Virus record (IMG/VR): IMGVR_UViG_3300027777_001718
Coordinates: 29,710-93,709 of that record
Length of the DNA stretch: 64,000 nt
Source of the DNA: a virus
Reading direction: 5' to 3' (one strand)
Shown: piece by piece, positions 19,682-28,547 of the stretch
Position numbering within the stretch: the first letter of the stretch is position 1
Layout of the letters: each line of letters begins with the position of its first letter
Position numbers and translations under genes: made by a program
The notes under the pieces: generated by a model
Databases searched by the model: none
What the model was told of the DNA's origin: nothing
Seen by the model: only the letters and a program-made list of their open reading frames with translations

Positions 19682-20795
19682 CTTCAAGTTCTCCCGTCAT
19701 GTACTTAGAAAACTGTACATCAAGCTCTTTACCCGAATCTTCCGCGACCAACAAGGCCGCGGCTAGTTTATACGCATCTGAATCCTCGGGGATTAAGTCA
19801 GCCAAAGCGCTCAGTAGGTCGTTCTTAGCGCTGTCCCGAGTTGTTGTTTTGTCGGTACTGTATTTCTCGTTAATTGCTTCACACGCAATATGCGCGAAAT
19901 CGCCTACCGCCGTGATCAGCCGTAAATACGCGTCTGGCAGCTGCTTATCAAACTTAATCCGAACCAGCGGCTTATTGATGTTTGCCGGCAGCGTGTCGTC
20001 TAGCTGGGCGTTGATATCTTTAAGCAACTGGCCAGCGCACAACGAGTCCAGCGTGTCTTGGTCTTTCACGACATAGTTCAGGAACCTGCGCGTCTTGAGC
20101 GGCACTGGCGTGAAAGTAATCGCATTGGTTGTTGGAACGCGCTCAATTACGAAAAAGAACTTGTCCGGGCTCTCGCTCATGTCTTGCATGCAGGTCGAGC
20201 CGGGAGACAGCATCGTAACTGTTTTTCCTTGCGCGTTCGTGTTTGTAACTGTTTTGGTGACGTGAAAATCGCCGTTCAGAATAGTCTGCACGTGGTAAAC
20301 GTCTGTAAGCTCGCAATCTGTGCGGCCGAGATTCCCCATGAAGTCTTTCCAGACCTGATGGGTGATTAAGATATCTGTGTTCTGCGGCACGCGCTTGAAC
20401 GCTTCTTGAATCTCGCCGCGGGGCAACCAATCAAAGCCAGCGACCTTGACGCCATTGATATCAAAACGGGCCTCGTGCATGTGAATGGGCCAGTCGTGGG
20501 CGCTCAGCCACGGAGCGTTACGGTCAAACTCGTGGTTACCCTGAATGTAGTACACGGGCACGCCGGCATCCCGCATTCGCGACAAGCCTTCGAAGAGCTT
20601 GGCGATAGGGCGCGCAGAGTTGCTCTTTTTTTCCAATACGTCGCCGCCTAATACGAGGGGCAGTTTGTGTTCAATACAGTAATCGACAATTTGCTCAAAG
20701 CTGTAGTACGCGTCGCCGTAGATCCCCGGCCGACTCGACCACGCGCCGTCCTCTAAGTGCAGGTCGGCGCAGAATACAAACAAAGGGGTCGACAC
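19623..20795 (-). CDS. sbcD: SbcD/Mre11/gp47-like metallophosphoesterase nuclease
   Basis: ADLHL, GGDV, GNHE, THQ, GDFH, SPGS. Confidence 0.92.
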   Translation of the reverse strand: MSTPLFVFCADLHLEDGAWSSRPGIYGDAYYSFEQIVDYCIEHKLPLVLGGDVLEKKSNSARPIAKLFEGLSRMRDAGVPVYYIQGNHEFDRNAPWLSAHDWPIHMHEARFDINGVKVAGFDWLPRGEIQEAFKRVPQNTDILITHQVWKDFMGNLGRTDCELTDVYHVQTILNGDFHVTKTVTNTNAQGKTVTMLSPGSTCMQDMSESPDKFFFVIERVPTTNAITFTPVPLKTRRFLNYVVKDQDTLDSLCAGQLLKDINAQLDDTLPANINKPLVRIKFDKQLPDAYLRLITAVGDFAHIACEAINEKYSTDKTTTRDSAKNDLLSALADLIPEDSDAYKLAAALLVAEDSGKELDVQFSKYMTGELEDAALAAGSEELGAPQVSSM

Positions 20796-20804
20796 AAATA
20801 GCTC

Positions 20805-21455
20805 CTAGTCCTCGTCGTCATCGTTGCCGTAAAACCAATTTAAAAAATCGTCCTCGTCGTCTTCATCGTCGTACGCATTCAACTCGTCGGCATACTGCCC
20901 GTCTAATGACTGCGTGAAATAATCAGCAAAATCTTCTTTGTCATTAGGCGGTTGCCAAAACTTGTTTTTGATATCAAGCGTTGTTTCATTCGACAACAGT
21001 TTTTTCAGCGATTGCAAATACGCCGATAACACTTTTGGCAACGCGCCGTGATTGACATTGAACGCGCTTTTTATCGTTTTACCCCATGCATTAGGCTCGC
21101 CGCTAAACCAACCGTCGTCTTTTTTGGTTTGCCCTGCGCCGCCTGTCTTGATGATCTTGAAAAACGACAGCGTGAACAAATCTGCAAGATCATCGAGGTT
21201 TGGTACTGGCGGCAGTGGCTTTTCCCGGAATTTATGCGTGCGCGCCAACTCATGCAACGTTCGGTCAAATTCTGCATGCATTTCGCGCAAACTGCGCGCC
21301 ATCTTTGCCGCAGTCACAACTGATTTGACACTAGTCGCAGACGGCGCCATCAAGTGAAAAATTGATTGAAGCATGTCGTAGTCGCGGTGCATTGCGGCTA
21401 CGTAAAAGCGAATGAATTGCTTTTCAACCGGTGTCATAGTGCTCGGATCAAGCAT
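20805..21455 (-). CDS. hypothetical protein with acidic C-terminus
   Basis: 216 aa ORF. Confidence 0.65.
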   Translation of the reverse strand: MLDPSTMTPVEKQFIRFYVAAMHRDYDMLQSIFHLMAPSATSVKSVVTAAKMARSLREMHAEFDRTLHELARTHKFREKPLPPVPNLDDLADLFTLSFFKIIKTGGAGQTKKDDGWFSGEPNAWGKTIKSAFNVNHGALPKVLSAYLQSLKKLLSNETTLDIKNKFWQPPNDKEDFADYFTQSLDGQYADELNAYDDEDDEDDFLNWFYGNDDDED

Positions 21456-21490
21456 AGCGGCGTCCTTGCCTGTTATTGTACCGTATTAGT

Positions 21491-21901
21491 TTATTTAGCT
21501 AGTTGCTGTTTTGCGATTGTGTTGTCTGTTTTTACACGTAACACACACTTATTTATTAAATCAACTAACGGCGTATCTTGCTCGTAATTTTTTGCCATGT
21601 ATTTGTTGTTATTTGACGCCTGCGGTTCATCTTGACCAGCGCCGTGATTTGGATACAGCCCGTGCGTCAAAATAGCGCGAACAACGGCAGCGTATCGTCG
21701 CTCATCGACGTGGTTGACGCGCATGTAATGATCTGGTTTGCAATATTGCGACGTTTGATACTCTTCGTATTTCAGCGACAGCAAACGATCTATTGGCGTA
21801 TTTTGTTGTTCTTGTTTTTCAGACAAATACATACCGCAAACGCCAAAAACCCACCCGGTTGGTGTTAAATGCCAAATGGTAGTGTTTCGATCTACTGACA
21901 T
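21491..21901 (-). CDS. hypothetical protein
   Basis: WHLTPTGW N-terminal motif; AGAGG RBS. Confidence 0.6.
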   Translation of the reverse strand: MSVDRNTTIWHLTPTGWVFGVCGMYLSEKQEQQNTPIDRLLSLKYEEYQTSQYCKPDHYMRVNHVDERRYAAVVRAILTHGLYPNHGAGQDEPQASNNNKYMAKNYEQDTPLVDLINKCVLRVKTDNTIAKQQLAK

Positions 21902-21935
21902 GAATACCCTCTTTAAATTAAAAACAAATGACCAA

Positions 21936-21950
21936 TGCCCGACTAGGATT
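21936..21950 (-). other. tRNA 3'-end remnant (Gln-like)
   Basis: minus strand AATCCTAGTCGGGCA resembles a T-arm 3' half plus acceptor strand; shares CTAGGATT with the tRNA at 22524-22531. Confidence 0.4.
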
Positions 21951-22039
21951 TGCGATTAAACAAAAACAATGCAGTTGTGTTAATGGTAGTATATATGTAA
22001 AATTTATAGCGTTCTACCGTTACGTGCAAGGAGGCACAA

Positions 22040-22540
22040 ATGACAGTGCGCAAAAAACGCAGCGTTATATGGCAAATGCCGTCGAAAAATTTTTTGTTGC
22101 TCGTCAAAAATGCAACTAGTGTGGGTCAAATTCTTAAGCATTTCAACTTGAGAAACAAAGGCGGCAACCACAACACAGTGCGCCGGCGTATTGCAGCAGA
22201 AGGTTTAGATATTTCGCACATGCCCATGGGCCGCGGAAGCAATAAAAATCGCACGTTTGGGCCGAGAAAACGCCTCGCCCAAATACTGGTTAAAAATTCA
22301 GACTATCGCGGAAGCCACCTCAAAAAAAGACTCATTCGCGAAAAAATTATTCCGCATGTCTGTAACGATTGCGGCCTTGGTAGTGAGTGGCACGGAAAAC
22401 CATTAGTTCTGCAACTAGAACATAAAAACGGAGACAGTACAGATAACAGGCTTAAAAATTTGTGTTTTCTTTGCCCAAACTGTCACAGTCAAACACCTAC
22501 ATTTGCAGGAAGAAATTCGAGGGCTAGGATTCGAACCTAG
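22040..22540 (+). CDS. HNH endonuclease (free-standing, homing-type)
   Basis: CxxC..W..KPLVLQLEHKNGD..DNRL.NL.FLCPNCHSQT; AGGAGG RBS; AT-rich and opposite strand to neighbours. Confidence 0.9.
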   Translation: MTVRKKRSVIWQMPSKNFLLLVKNATSVGQILKHFNLRNKGGNHNTVRRRIAAEGLDISHMPMGRGSNKNRTFGPRKRLAQILVKNSDYRGSHLKKRLIREKIIPHVCNDCGLGSEWHGKPLVLQLEHKNGDSTDNRLKNLCFLCPNCHSQTPTFAGRNSRARIRT

Positions 22541-22586
22541 AATAACCCGTCCAAAGCGGGTTGTGATGCCGTTTCACTACCCTCGA
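22516..22586 (-). tRNA. tRNA-Gln (UUG), no encoded CCA
   Basis: TCGAGGG/CCCTCGA acceptor, ACCCG-CT TTG GA-CGGGT anticodon arm, CTAGG-TTCGAAT-CCTAG T arm. Confidence 0.92.
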
Positions 22587-22783
22587 TCGCGCGTTGAATC
22601 CATTCAAACACGACTTCCAGCACACAGAGTGAAAGGAGAACTTCTTGTTTACCGTTGCTGGCTTCGTTGTTATATCCCCACTAACGACTCGGGTGTCGGA
22701 CCGCATAAAGTGAAAAAGCGGCTTTTGGAGTCCGGGAACAAGGGCGCCGACACGCCCAGCGTGAACTAACTTTGACCTGTTGA

Positions 22784-23347
22784 CTACACCAGCGACACAA
22801 ATTTTTTGGCAAGCGCAATGGATGCAAGGTTATCGTTCTCGGCGTTGTGCGCTACGCCTGTTTCGATATTAAATGCCTTGCGTAAATTGTCGAGGCCGCA
22901 GCCGCCCTGAAACCTGTTGGCGGCGGCAAACAGCCGAGCAGATGCGCAGGTGTCTAATGCTGGGTTGGTGAAATAATCACCCCATTTTTCTTCCGGCAGC
23001 AAGTAGTGCTGCAGGAATTTTACGTCAAAGGGCACATTGTGCCCCGCAGGTACAAGACGCCGATGGCCTGTGACCGTCAGCGCCTCTTTGATGAACAGCG
23101 TAAAAAGCTCAGCTGTTTCTTGAACTGAAAAGCCGTTGGCGTCGTTATCTGCCAAGTCAATCTTGTTGACTTCCATGGCTTTTGGGTGGACCGTGTAGTT
23201 TGCGTGCTTTACCTTGACGTACATGCCCGGATCAAACTCGTGGACCCGAATGATATCAAAATGCCTGTCGGTCAAAATAGCCGACACGGTGAGCAAACTG
23301 TATTGCGGTGTTAGTCCGCCCGTTTCAGTGTCAAAAAACAAGTACAC
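22784..23347 (-). CDS. DEDDh 3'-5' exonuclease (DnaQ-like)
   Basis: FFDTETGGL, GHNVPFD, LDT, HNAEND. Confidence 0.9.
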   Translation of the reverse strand: MYLFFDTETGGLTPQYSLLTVSAILTDRHFDIIRVHEFDPGMYVKVKHANYTVHPKAMEVNKIDLADNDANGFSVQETAELFTLFIKEALTVTGHRRLVPAGHNVPFDVKFLQHYLLPEEKWGDYFTNPALDTCASARLFAAANRFQGGCGLDNLRKAFNIETGVAHNAENDNLASIALAKKFVSLV

Positions 23348-23350
23348 GAT

Positions 23351-23614
23351 TTAAACGTCCGTGGTTGTGTCGTGAAAGCTGACAAATTCACCGCCGTCTT
23401 CACTGAACAAGATTCCGGGTCTTCCGCCGTTTTCAGCGACAGTCTCGTTTGCAATCTTGTCGAGCATTTCGTAGATCCGTTTGCCCTGTGTTCTGCCAAG
23501 CTTCAGCTCTAGCAGCGCGCGGACAGACAAGTACTCTTCAAACCCATGCTCTGTCTCAAAATCCGGGTTATCGTCGTCGATAAATCCACCAAAATCGAAG
23601 TTGTTTGTTGCCAT
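23351..23614 (-). CDS. small acidic hypothetical protein
   Basis: 87 aa ORF tiling the operon. Confidence 0.65.
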   Translation of the reverse strand: MATNNFDFGGFIDDDNPDFETEHGFEEYLSVRALLELKLGRTQGKRIYEMLDKIANETVAENGGRPGILFSEDGGEFVSFHDTTTDV

Positions 23615-23617
23615 AAG

Positions 23618-24697
23618 TTAATACATTACAGTGAGGGATACAGCGCAATCGGGCAGCGGGAAAAAGTACACGCCGCGCGCTGAGAAATATCGGGGGTGGT
23701 CCAACCGCATAAGCGTGGTTTCGCCGCGCACAAGCCGCGCAACAACGTATGGGCCAGTTTGGGACGGCAACGCATCAAGAACCACCGTCATATCTGTGCC
23801 GGGCACCGCAAAACGCACGGTTGCGCCAAGCGGGCCCGTAGTGTCAGGCGTAATATGGTCTTTATCGCGAGCGTAGTCAAGCACTTGCGCCAGCGATTTG
23901 ACGTTTTCTTTGTCCGCACGCAACTTGTGTACAGTTTGCGTATACACACCCAACGCGTTGCCTTGCGTTATTTGCTGCTCTAATTCTTCAGATAACACGC
24001 CAGCCCATTTCAACTCTTCTGCTACACGCAGCGTATATAGCAAAAGCGCTGGGCACACATTAGCATAATCATCGGCGTCTTCTGTGACTTTGAGCTTGAA
24101 CGTCTCGTCGCTCTTGGGAATTGATATGTATTCCCCGGTTTCGAGAATCGTCGACCACGTGCTAATGCCGCTGTCAAAAGCCAATCCGCGAATTGCCGGC
24201 CCAATCTCGCCAGAAGACAGCGTGCCACGAACCGTCACCAAGCCAGCACCAAAAGTGCTAGCTAGCTTGCTGGAAAACACCGCAGGCTTGAACACGCGGC
24301 CAAGCATGCGCTCTGTGTAAATCTCGGCGACGGTTACAGCCTGCTTTGGCTGCCGCGCCTCAATCTCTTCAAGAATACTGTCCAGCAGCACCTCAGAAGC
24401 GTGCGCCGGATCACTCTCAACCAGCTCGGAAAACACCGTCAGGGCTTCTAGCGCAACTTCTGGGTTTTTGTACGCCAAAAGTTTTTTGGTAAACGAGAAA
24501 TCAACATTCTGCCATTCAACCTGCATAGCCGACTCAGCTATGTATTCCAACACGCTATACAGCATGTTGTCGCCAAGCTGGCTGAATATCCGCAGCGTTT
24601 CCAGTAGCGCAGCTGTTGCGCGCAGCTTGTCTTTGGTCGTTGTTTGTTTGGGAAACTTAGTTAGTAGTGTTGTAAAATCAACCTTGTTTGATGTCAT
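23618..24697 (-). CDS. hypothetical protein
   Basis: long ORF; start trimmed to MTSNKVDF to reduce overlap. Confidence 0.65.
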   Translation of the reverse strand: MTSNKVDFTTLLTKFPKQTTTKDKLRATAALLETLRIFSQLGDNMLYSVLEYIAESAMQVEWQNVDFSFTKKLLAYKNPEVALEALTVFSELVESDPAHASEVLLDSILEEIEARQPKQAVTVAEIYTERMLGRVFKPAVFSSKLASTFGAGLVTVRGTLSSGEIGPAIRGLAFDSGISTWSTILETGEYISIPKSDETFKLKVTEDADDYANVCPALLLYTLRVAEELKWAGVLSEELEQQITQGNALGVYTQTVHKLRADKENVKSLAQVLDYARDKDHITPDTTGPLGATVRFAVPGTDMTVVLDALPSQTGPYVVARLVRGETTLMRLDHPRYFSARGVYFFPLPDCAVSLTVMY

Positions 24698-25910
24698 GAA
24701 GCGTTTTTCCGCTAAATACTGCGTCGCAGTGTTCGATAAGTTTGTGTACAGTGCCGCGGTACAATCCGGGCAAAACGTGGTCGATGCGCCCACGTAAGCG
24801 CGAATCTTCGCACTCAGTGTCTGTCTTTATTTTTGAGCGTGTATCAATTGTGACTATTGTAGTCGTGCGCGGCATATCGTCGATTGACCACGCGTAGTAA
24901 GCCTGCAACAGCAAATTTGCTGCCCGATGGTGCACGTCGCCGGTGATAATGATCATGCCGCCGGCTTGCATACGCATTTCAAATATTGTGGCAACGAAGA
25001 GAAGAAAGTCCGCATACGTTGCGGCGCCAATAGCTGCACCAACTTCTGCGCCACGGACTTCTGGGCACAAGTGGTTGGGGATCTCACCAATCTCAACAAG
25101 CGCCATAGCCGGCACGTTAAGCGTATGCGCTTTGTGAAATAAACTGCGCGTGAGATCGCCGTCTTTTGGGTTAAACCCCCAGCGGCCAATAGCTTCGCCG
25201 TAACCAATGCCCTGTTTTGCGGCGAGTTTAGCCACGCGATTCAAATCTGTGTTTTGATCCGCCACGACCAGATCTAATGCCAGTCCAGCGCCTGTTGTCG
25301 CAACTGCTGTGACGTATTGCTTCTCTAGCATTTCGCCAACAAGAATGCCGGCGCCGGCAGTAAAAGCGTCGGGGCCAATGAAAAACAACACAGGTTGGTT
25401 GTTCATCCGGCACGCGTGCAACGCTGCCGCTACGCCAGCAAAGTTATCCGTAGCAATAGCAAATTCGCTTTTGCTTTTGTTCTTGCGGCGCTCCAGCGGA
25501 ATAAACTGCGACACGGCCCACTCCTTTGATATTTGTTGCACTTGCAACGGATCGAACAACAGAAAAGAACTTTGCAGCTTGTCCGGCAAAATAAGCGTGC
25601 CGGGTTTTTCGTCTGTAGGGTCGCCATAGTCAAGCATGGACCCGTGACCCCACAACAACCACTCAGTGCGTACGGATGATTTGTTTAAAATTTCCGCCGC
25701 AAACCTGACCGTGACACTCATTTCGCCAGCAAAGATTTGCCGGACACGCTTAGGTTCGACATTGAAATGCTTGCCAAACCGAATAATGTCGCCAGCGAAC
25801 AAATGGTCACACACAGCGCGCACTCGGGCGCGCAGCAGGTCATCAGAATAAGTCAGCCAACGCCGTTTGTTTCTACGCCGTTTTTTTGGCTGCTCTGGAA
25901 GCTCTGGCAT
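24678..25910 (-). CDS. XRE/CI-type HTH fused to deoxyhypusine-synthase-like domain
   Basis: N-terminal HTH ending VRTEWLLWGHGSM; C-terminal VTAVATTGAG..LD, GIGYGEAIG, SLF..A..LNVP...VEIG...HLCP...GA. Confidence 0.6.
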   Translation of the reverse strand: MPELPEQPKKRRRNKRRWLTYSDDLLRARVRAVCDHLFAGDIIRFGKHFNVEPKRVRQIFAGEMSVTVRFAAEILNKSSVRTEWLLWGHGSMLDYGDPTDEKPGTLILPDKLQSSFLLFDPLQVQQISKEWAVSQFIPLERRKNKSKSEFAIATDNFAGVAAALHACRMNNQPVLFFIGPDAFTAGAGILVGEMLEKQYVTAVATTGAGLALDLVVADQNTDLNRVAKLAAKQGIGYGEAIGRWGFNPKDGDLTRSLFHKAHTLNVPAMALVEIGEIPNHLCPEVRGAEVGAAIGAATYADFLLFVATIFEMRMQAGGMIIITGDVHHRAANLLLQAYYAWSIDDMPRTTTIVTIDTRSKIKTDTECEDSRLRGRIDHVLPGLYRGTVHKLIEHCDAVFSGKTLHDIKQG

Positions 25911-26892
25911 CCGCGTCTTTCTGTTTGAAATACGCCCCTAATGACTGCCCAGTTTTACGGCACACGCCTGTTCCAGACAACAATCGCAGATCTTGCCGCG
26001 CGTGTAAATACGCTGCCGTAAATTCCGCGTATCCTGTCAAAAGTTCGCGCGGATATCTGTGGAACTCTGCCAGCATGAAAAAGAACTCTGAGCTGGTTTC
26101 TGGCTTGGCAAAGTCGTCCGCAAGCCGGCACGATTTCAAATACTGCACTTTTGCGCCCGGTAACCGCACAACCGGCAATTTAATCTTTGGCGCATGCACA
26201 AGAAACTGCCGTGTTTCAATACGCCACCCGGTTTTTTGCGGTATGACAACTGTGCGACACATCGAGCCTTTTGTTGTGCGCTGCAGCTGTTTAGCACATT
26301 TGTTGTACGCGTATTGATGCCGCTGCAACTCGCCACGCAGGATTTTTGTGTAGACAAGTATTTGGCTATCAGAGCATCCAAGCGTTGGATGAAAATCAGC
26401 TGCTGCAATAAACCGAGAAACAACGCGACAAGTCATAACCAGCTTCGTAGTTGGGTCTTGTGCGCCTATCGTACGCAGCGTCTTTTTTACGTGCCGATAT
26501 GACCACGCACATATGCGCGCAAAACAAAACGGACAAAATGCGTCACGCCGGCAAGGTCTAAAGACAGTTTCTTTTCGCCAGAAGTAATACAGATACGTTG
26601 GCCGGCAAAAAAAACACCGCCGAAACGTCAGTTCAAATTTGCGTTTGTCAAAATTATCAGTTTTGATATTTAATGCCCACAAATTGCGCCCGACAAGTTC
26701 TTGCAGCCGTTTTGTCCAAAGCCGGCGTATTGCCCGCGACAAAGACCTGACCTTGGTGTCTCGTTTGTCGGCAATTGCGCCTAGCACACAATATTGTGCA
26801 AACACCTGCGAAGCGCGGCTGCTAATTTTAACAATTTTCCATCTGTGCGGAATATACCGCTGAACACAAGCACCAAGATCAAAAGACACCAC
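25873..26892 (-). CDS. degenerate rolling-circle Rep-like protein with Zn-binding motif
   Basis: C..C...PC....CPFC..R; GW(RIETR) where the HUH motif would lie; C-terminal RLLSGTGVCRK. Confidence 0.4.
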   Translation of the reverse strand: MVSFDLGACVQRYIPHRWKIVKISSRASQVFAQYCVLGAIADKRDTKVRSLSRAIRRLWTKRLQELVGRNLWALNIKTDNFDKRKFELTFRRCFFCRPTYLYYFWRKETVFRPCRRDAFCPFCFARICAWSYRHVKKTLRTIGAQDPTTKLVMTCRVVSRFIAAADFHPTLGCSDSQILVYTKILRGELQRHQYAYNKCAKQLQRTTKGSMCRTVVIPQKTGWRIETRQFLVHAPKIKLPVVRLPGAKVQYLKSCRLADDFAKPETSSEFFFMLAEFHRYPRELLTGYAEFTAAYLHARQDLRLLSGTGVCRKTGQSLGAYFKQKDADARASRAAKKTA

Positions 26893-26990
26893 AACTACAT
26901 CCTTGTGGGGGTGTTACAAAATGTCGGCTATTAAGGCCGACAAGCGGATGTTTTGTCACATGCTATTTTTGTTGCAAATTAACAAACGCA

Positions 26991-27323
26991 TCAAGCCATG
27001 AACCCAGACATACGCGGAAGTTCAGGAAGTTCATGCCACAGCCAGCTCGGATCTGGTGTAATAACGTCGTAGCTGCCAATAACGTCGAACACGATGCCGG
27101 CAGTAGAGTCACGAACGTTGCAAATACGCGCCACGGCAATCCGACCATTTGTAGAACGCGTTACAGCTACAAAACTACCCGGCGTTGGCAACATTGCGCA
27201 GCAACATGTCCAGCCGAGTCGCGTCGGTTGCGCTACAGGAACGACCGGCGTGGCTGCGGCCGACGTAACGTCAGTTTCAACAGGAGCAGCCGTATTAGTA
27301 GTCGTAGTGCTTTCAGTCGTCAT
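26991..27323 (-). CDS. hypothetical protein (DUF551-like ending)
   Basis: ends WLWHELPELP; AAGGA RBS. Confidence 0.55.
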   Translation of the reverse strand: MTTESTTTTNTAAPVETDVTSAAATPVVPVAQPTRLGWTCCCAMLPTPGSFVAVTRSTNGRIAVARICNVRDSTAGIVFDVIGSYDVITPDPSWLWHELPELPRMSGFMA

Positions 27324-27352
27324 AAGTCGAATCCTTTCTGTAGTTATTGAAC

Positions 27353-27685
27353 TTAATCAACATTGTCATTTTGCTTTATTTTGGCAGTATAAGTTTTAAT
27401 TGCTGCAACAGCCGCCGCGAGCTGGGGCATACGTTCTTCCTCGGCAAAAACACCGTCGCCAATCGTAGCTGCCTCGTAGACCGTCTCGCCGCCGCAGCAG
27501 GGCACGTCTGCCCGGAACCAGCCGTGACGCAAGCGCAGATACCCGATTTGCTCGCGAGTGGTGTCGTCAAACACTTCATACTGTTCCGGGCACGCAGAGC
27601 AAGTTAGAACCAGCCGGCAGCCGTCGATAATGATATCTTGGTCAGACGGCTCGTAGAGGTTGAACCGGTCATCGTCAGCGTTCAT
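27353..27685 (-). CDS. conserved phage protein
   Basis: TCSACPEQYEV...GYLRLRHG motif. Confidence 0.7.
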   Translation of the reverse strand: MNADDDRFNLYEPSDQDIIIDGCRLVLTCSACPEQYEVFDDTTREQIGYLRLRHGWFRADVPCCGGETVYEAATIGDGVFAEEERMPQLAAAVAAIKTYTAKIKQNDNVD

Positions 27686-27894
27686 TTCAGTCGCTCCAGC
27701 AGCCCGCGAAGTACCTTAGTTATTTCCCTGCACCGCTCATTGCAACCATCGTCGTATGAATCAGCGGCTTCCTTAATCGCCTCCCGCTCCTCGTCGGTAA
27801 GCGTGGGCTCGCCTGCGGCGATTACGGCCCTTAATCGCCGCACCTCGGCAGCGAGGAGTTCTGGGTCACGGCACTCGTCGGGGTCAATTCTCAT
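27682..27894 (-). CDS. small phage protein, TLTDEE family
   Basis: TLTDEER...LRGLLER. Confidence 0.65.
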   Translation of the reverse strand: MRIDPDECRDPELLAAEVRRLRAVIAAGEPTLTDEEREAIKEAADSYDDGCNERCREITKVLRGLLERLK

Positions 27895-28015
27895 TTGGTT
27901 CTTTCCAGTAGCTTGCGGAGGGTGGCAACGTATTCTCCATCGTCAAAGCTGTTTAGCGGCTTTCGCACTTCCTCAAACCACTCAAGCGCCGCCAGCTCCT
28001 CGTCGGTGAGCGTGG
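27786..28015. repeat. 21-bp direct repeat with one mismatch
   Basis: GCTCCTCGTCGGT(A/G)AGCGTGG at 27786-27806 and 27995-28015. Confidence 0.85.
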
Positions 28016-28151
28016 CGTCTTGATCCGCGAGACGGCGTATCGCTTCGCGCAGGCTAACTATCTCGTCTGCGCCGTTTCGGATAACAACGGCGTCTGCGTC
28101 AAAATCAGCCAATGCAGCTACCGCGCGCAAGCGGTCAACAATGTCAGTCAT
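27891..28151 (-). CDS. small phage protein, TLTDEE family
   Basis: MTDIVDRLR...TLTDEEL...LRKLLER. Confidence 0.65.
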   Translation of the reverse strand: MTDIVDRLRAVAALADFDADAVVIRNGADEIVSLREAIRRLADQDATLTDEELAALEWFEEVRKPLNSFDDGEYVATLRKLLERTK

Positions 28152-28537
28152 TCTGGCTCTTTCACAAAAATACCTTCAGGCGTCAGCGTACCCTTGCGGT
28201 CTTTGATAGTGTCGTAAGCCTTGGCTAGACATTCAGTGATATCAAAGCCGGACAGCGCGCAATAAAGAATCAGCGTTACAAGCACGTCGCCTACGCCGTC
28301 TACGCGGCCAGCGTCGTCGCCCTTGATTGTGGCGTCAGCTAACTCGCCCAGCTCCGACATAGTTTTCATAAGCTGCGACGTTGGATTGCTATTGGGAATA
28401 ATCTGCCGCGCTTCTGCCCAGTCTTCTACAGCCACGACCAGTTCTTCAAACGTTTTAATTACAGGCTCAGCAGCGTAGTCTGGGGGGATCTCAAATTTTT
28501 CCGTAAGCTTGTTGTTCACAAAGCTCAGGATATTCAT
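28148..28537 (-). CDS. MazG-like nucleotide pyrophosphohydrolase
   Basis: WA..R.I...QLMK..SELGELA...DGVGDVLVTL...IKDRKG. Confidence 0.85.
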   Translation of the reverse strand: MNILSFVNNKLTEKFEIPPDYAAEPVIKTFEELVVAVEDWAEARQIIPNSNPTSQLMKTMSELGELADATIKGDDAGRVDGVGDVLVTLILYCALSGFDITECLAKAYDTIKDRKGTLTPEGIFVKEPE

Positions 28538-28547
28538 GCACCATTTG

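Noticed and set aside
21936-22586. Intron-split tRNA with the HNH inside the intron
   Set aside because: The tRNA at 22516-22586 is already complete, and the distal fragment (TCGGGCA) cannot pair with its 5' acceptor strand (TCGAGGG)
22715-22740. tRNA-Trp-like anticodon arm (GGACTCCAAAAGCC)
   Set aside because: No D arm, T arm or acceptor stem could be built around it
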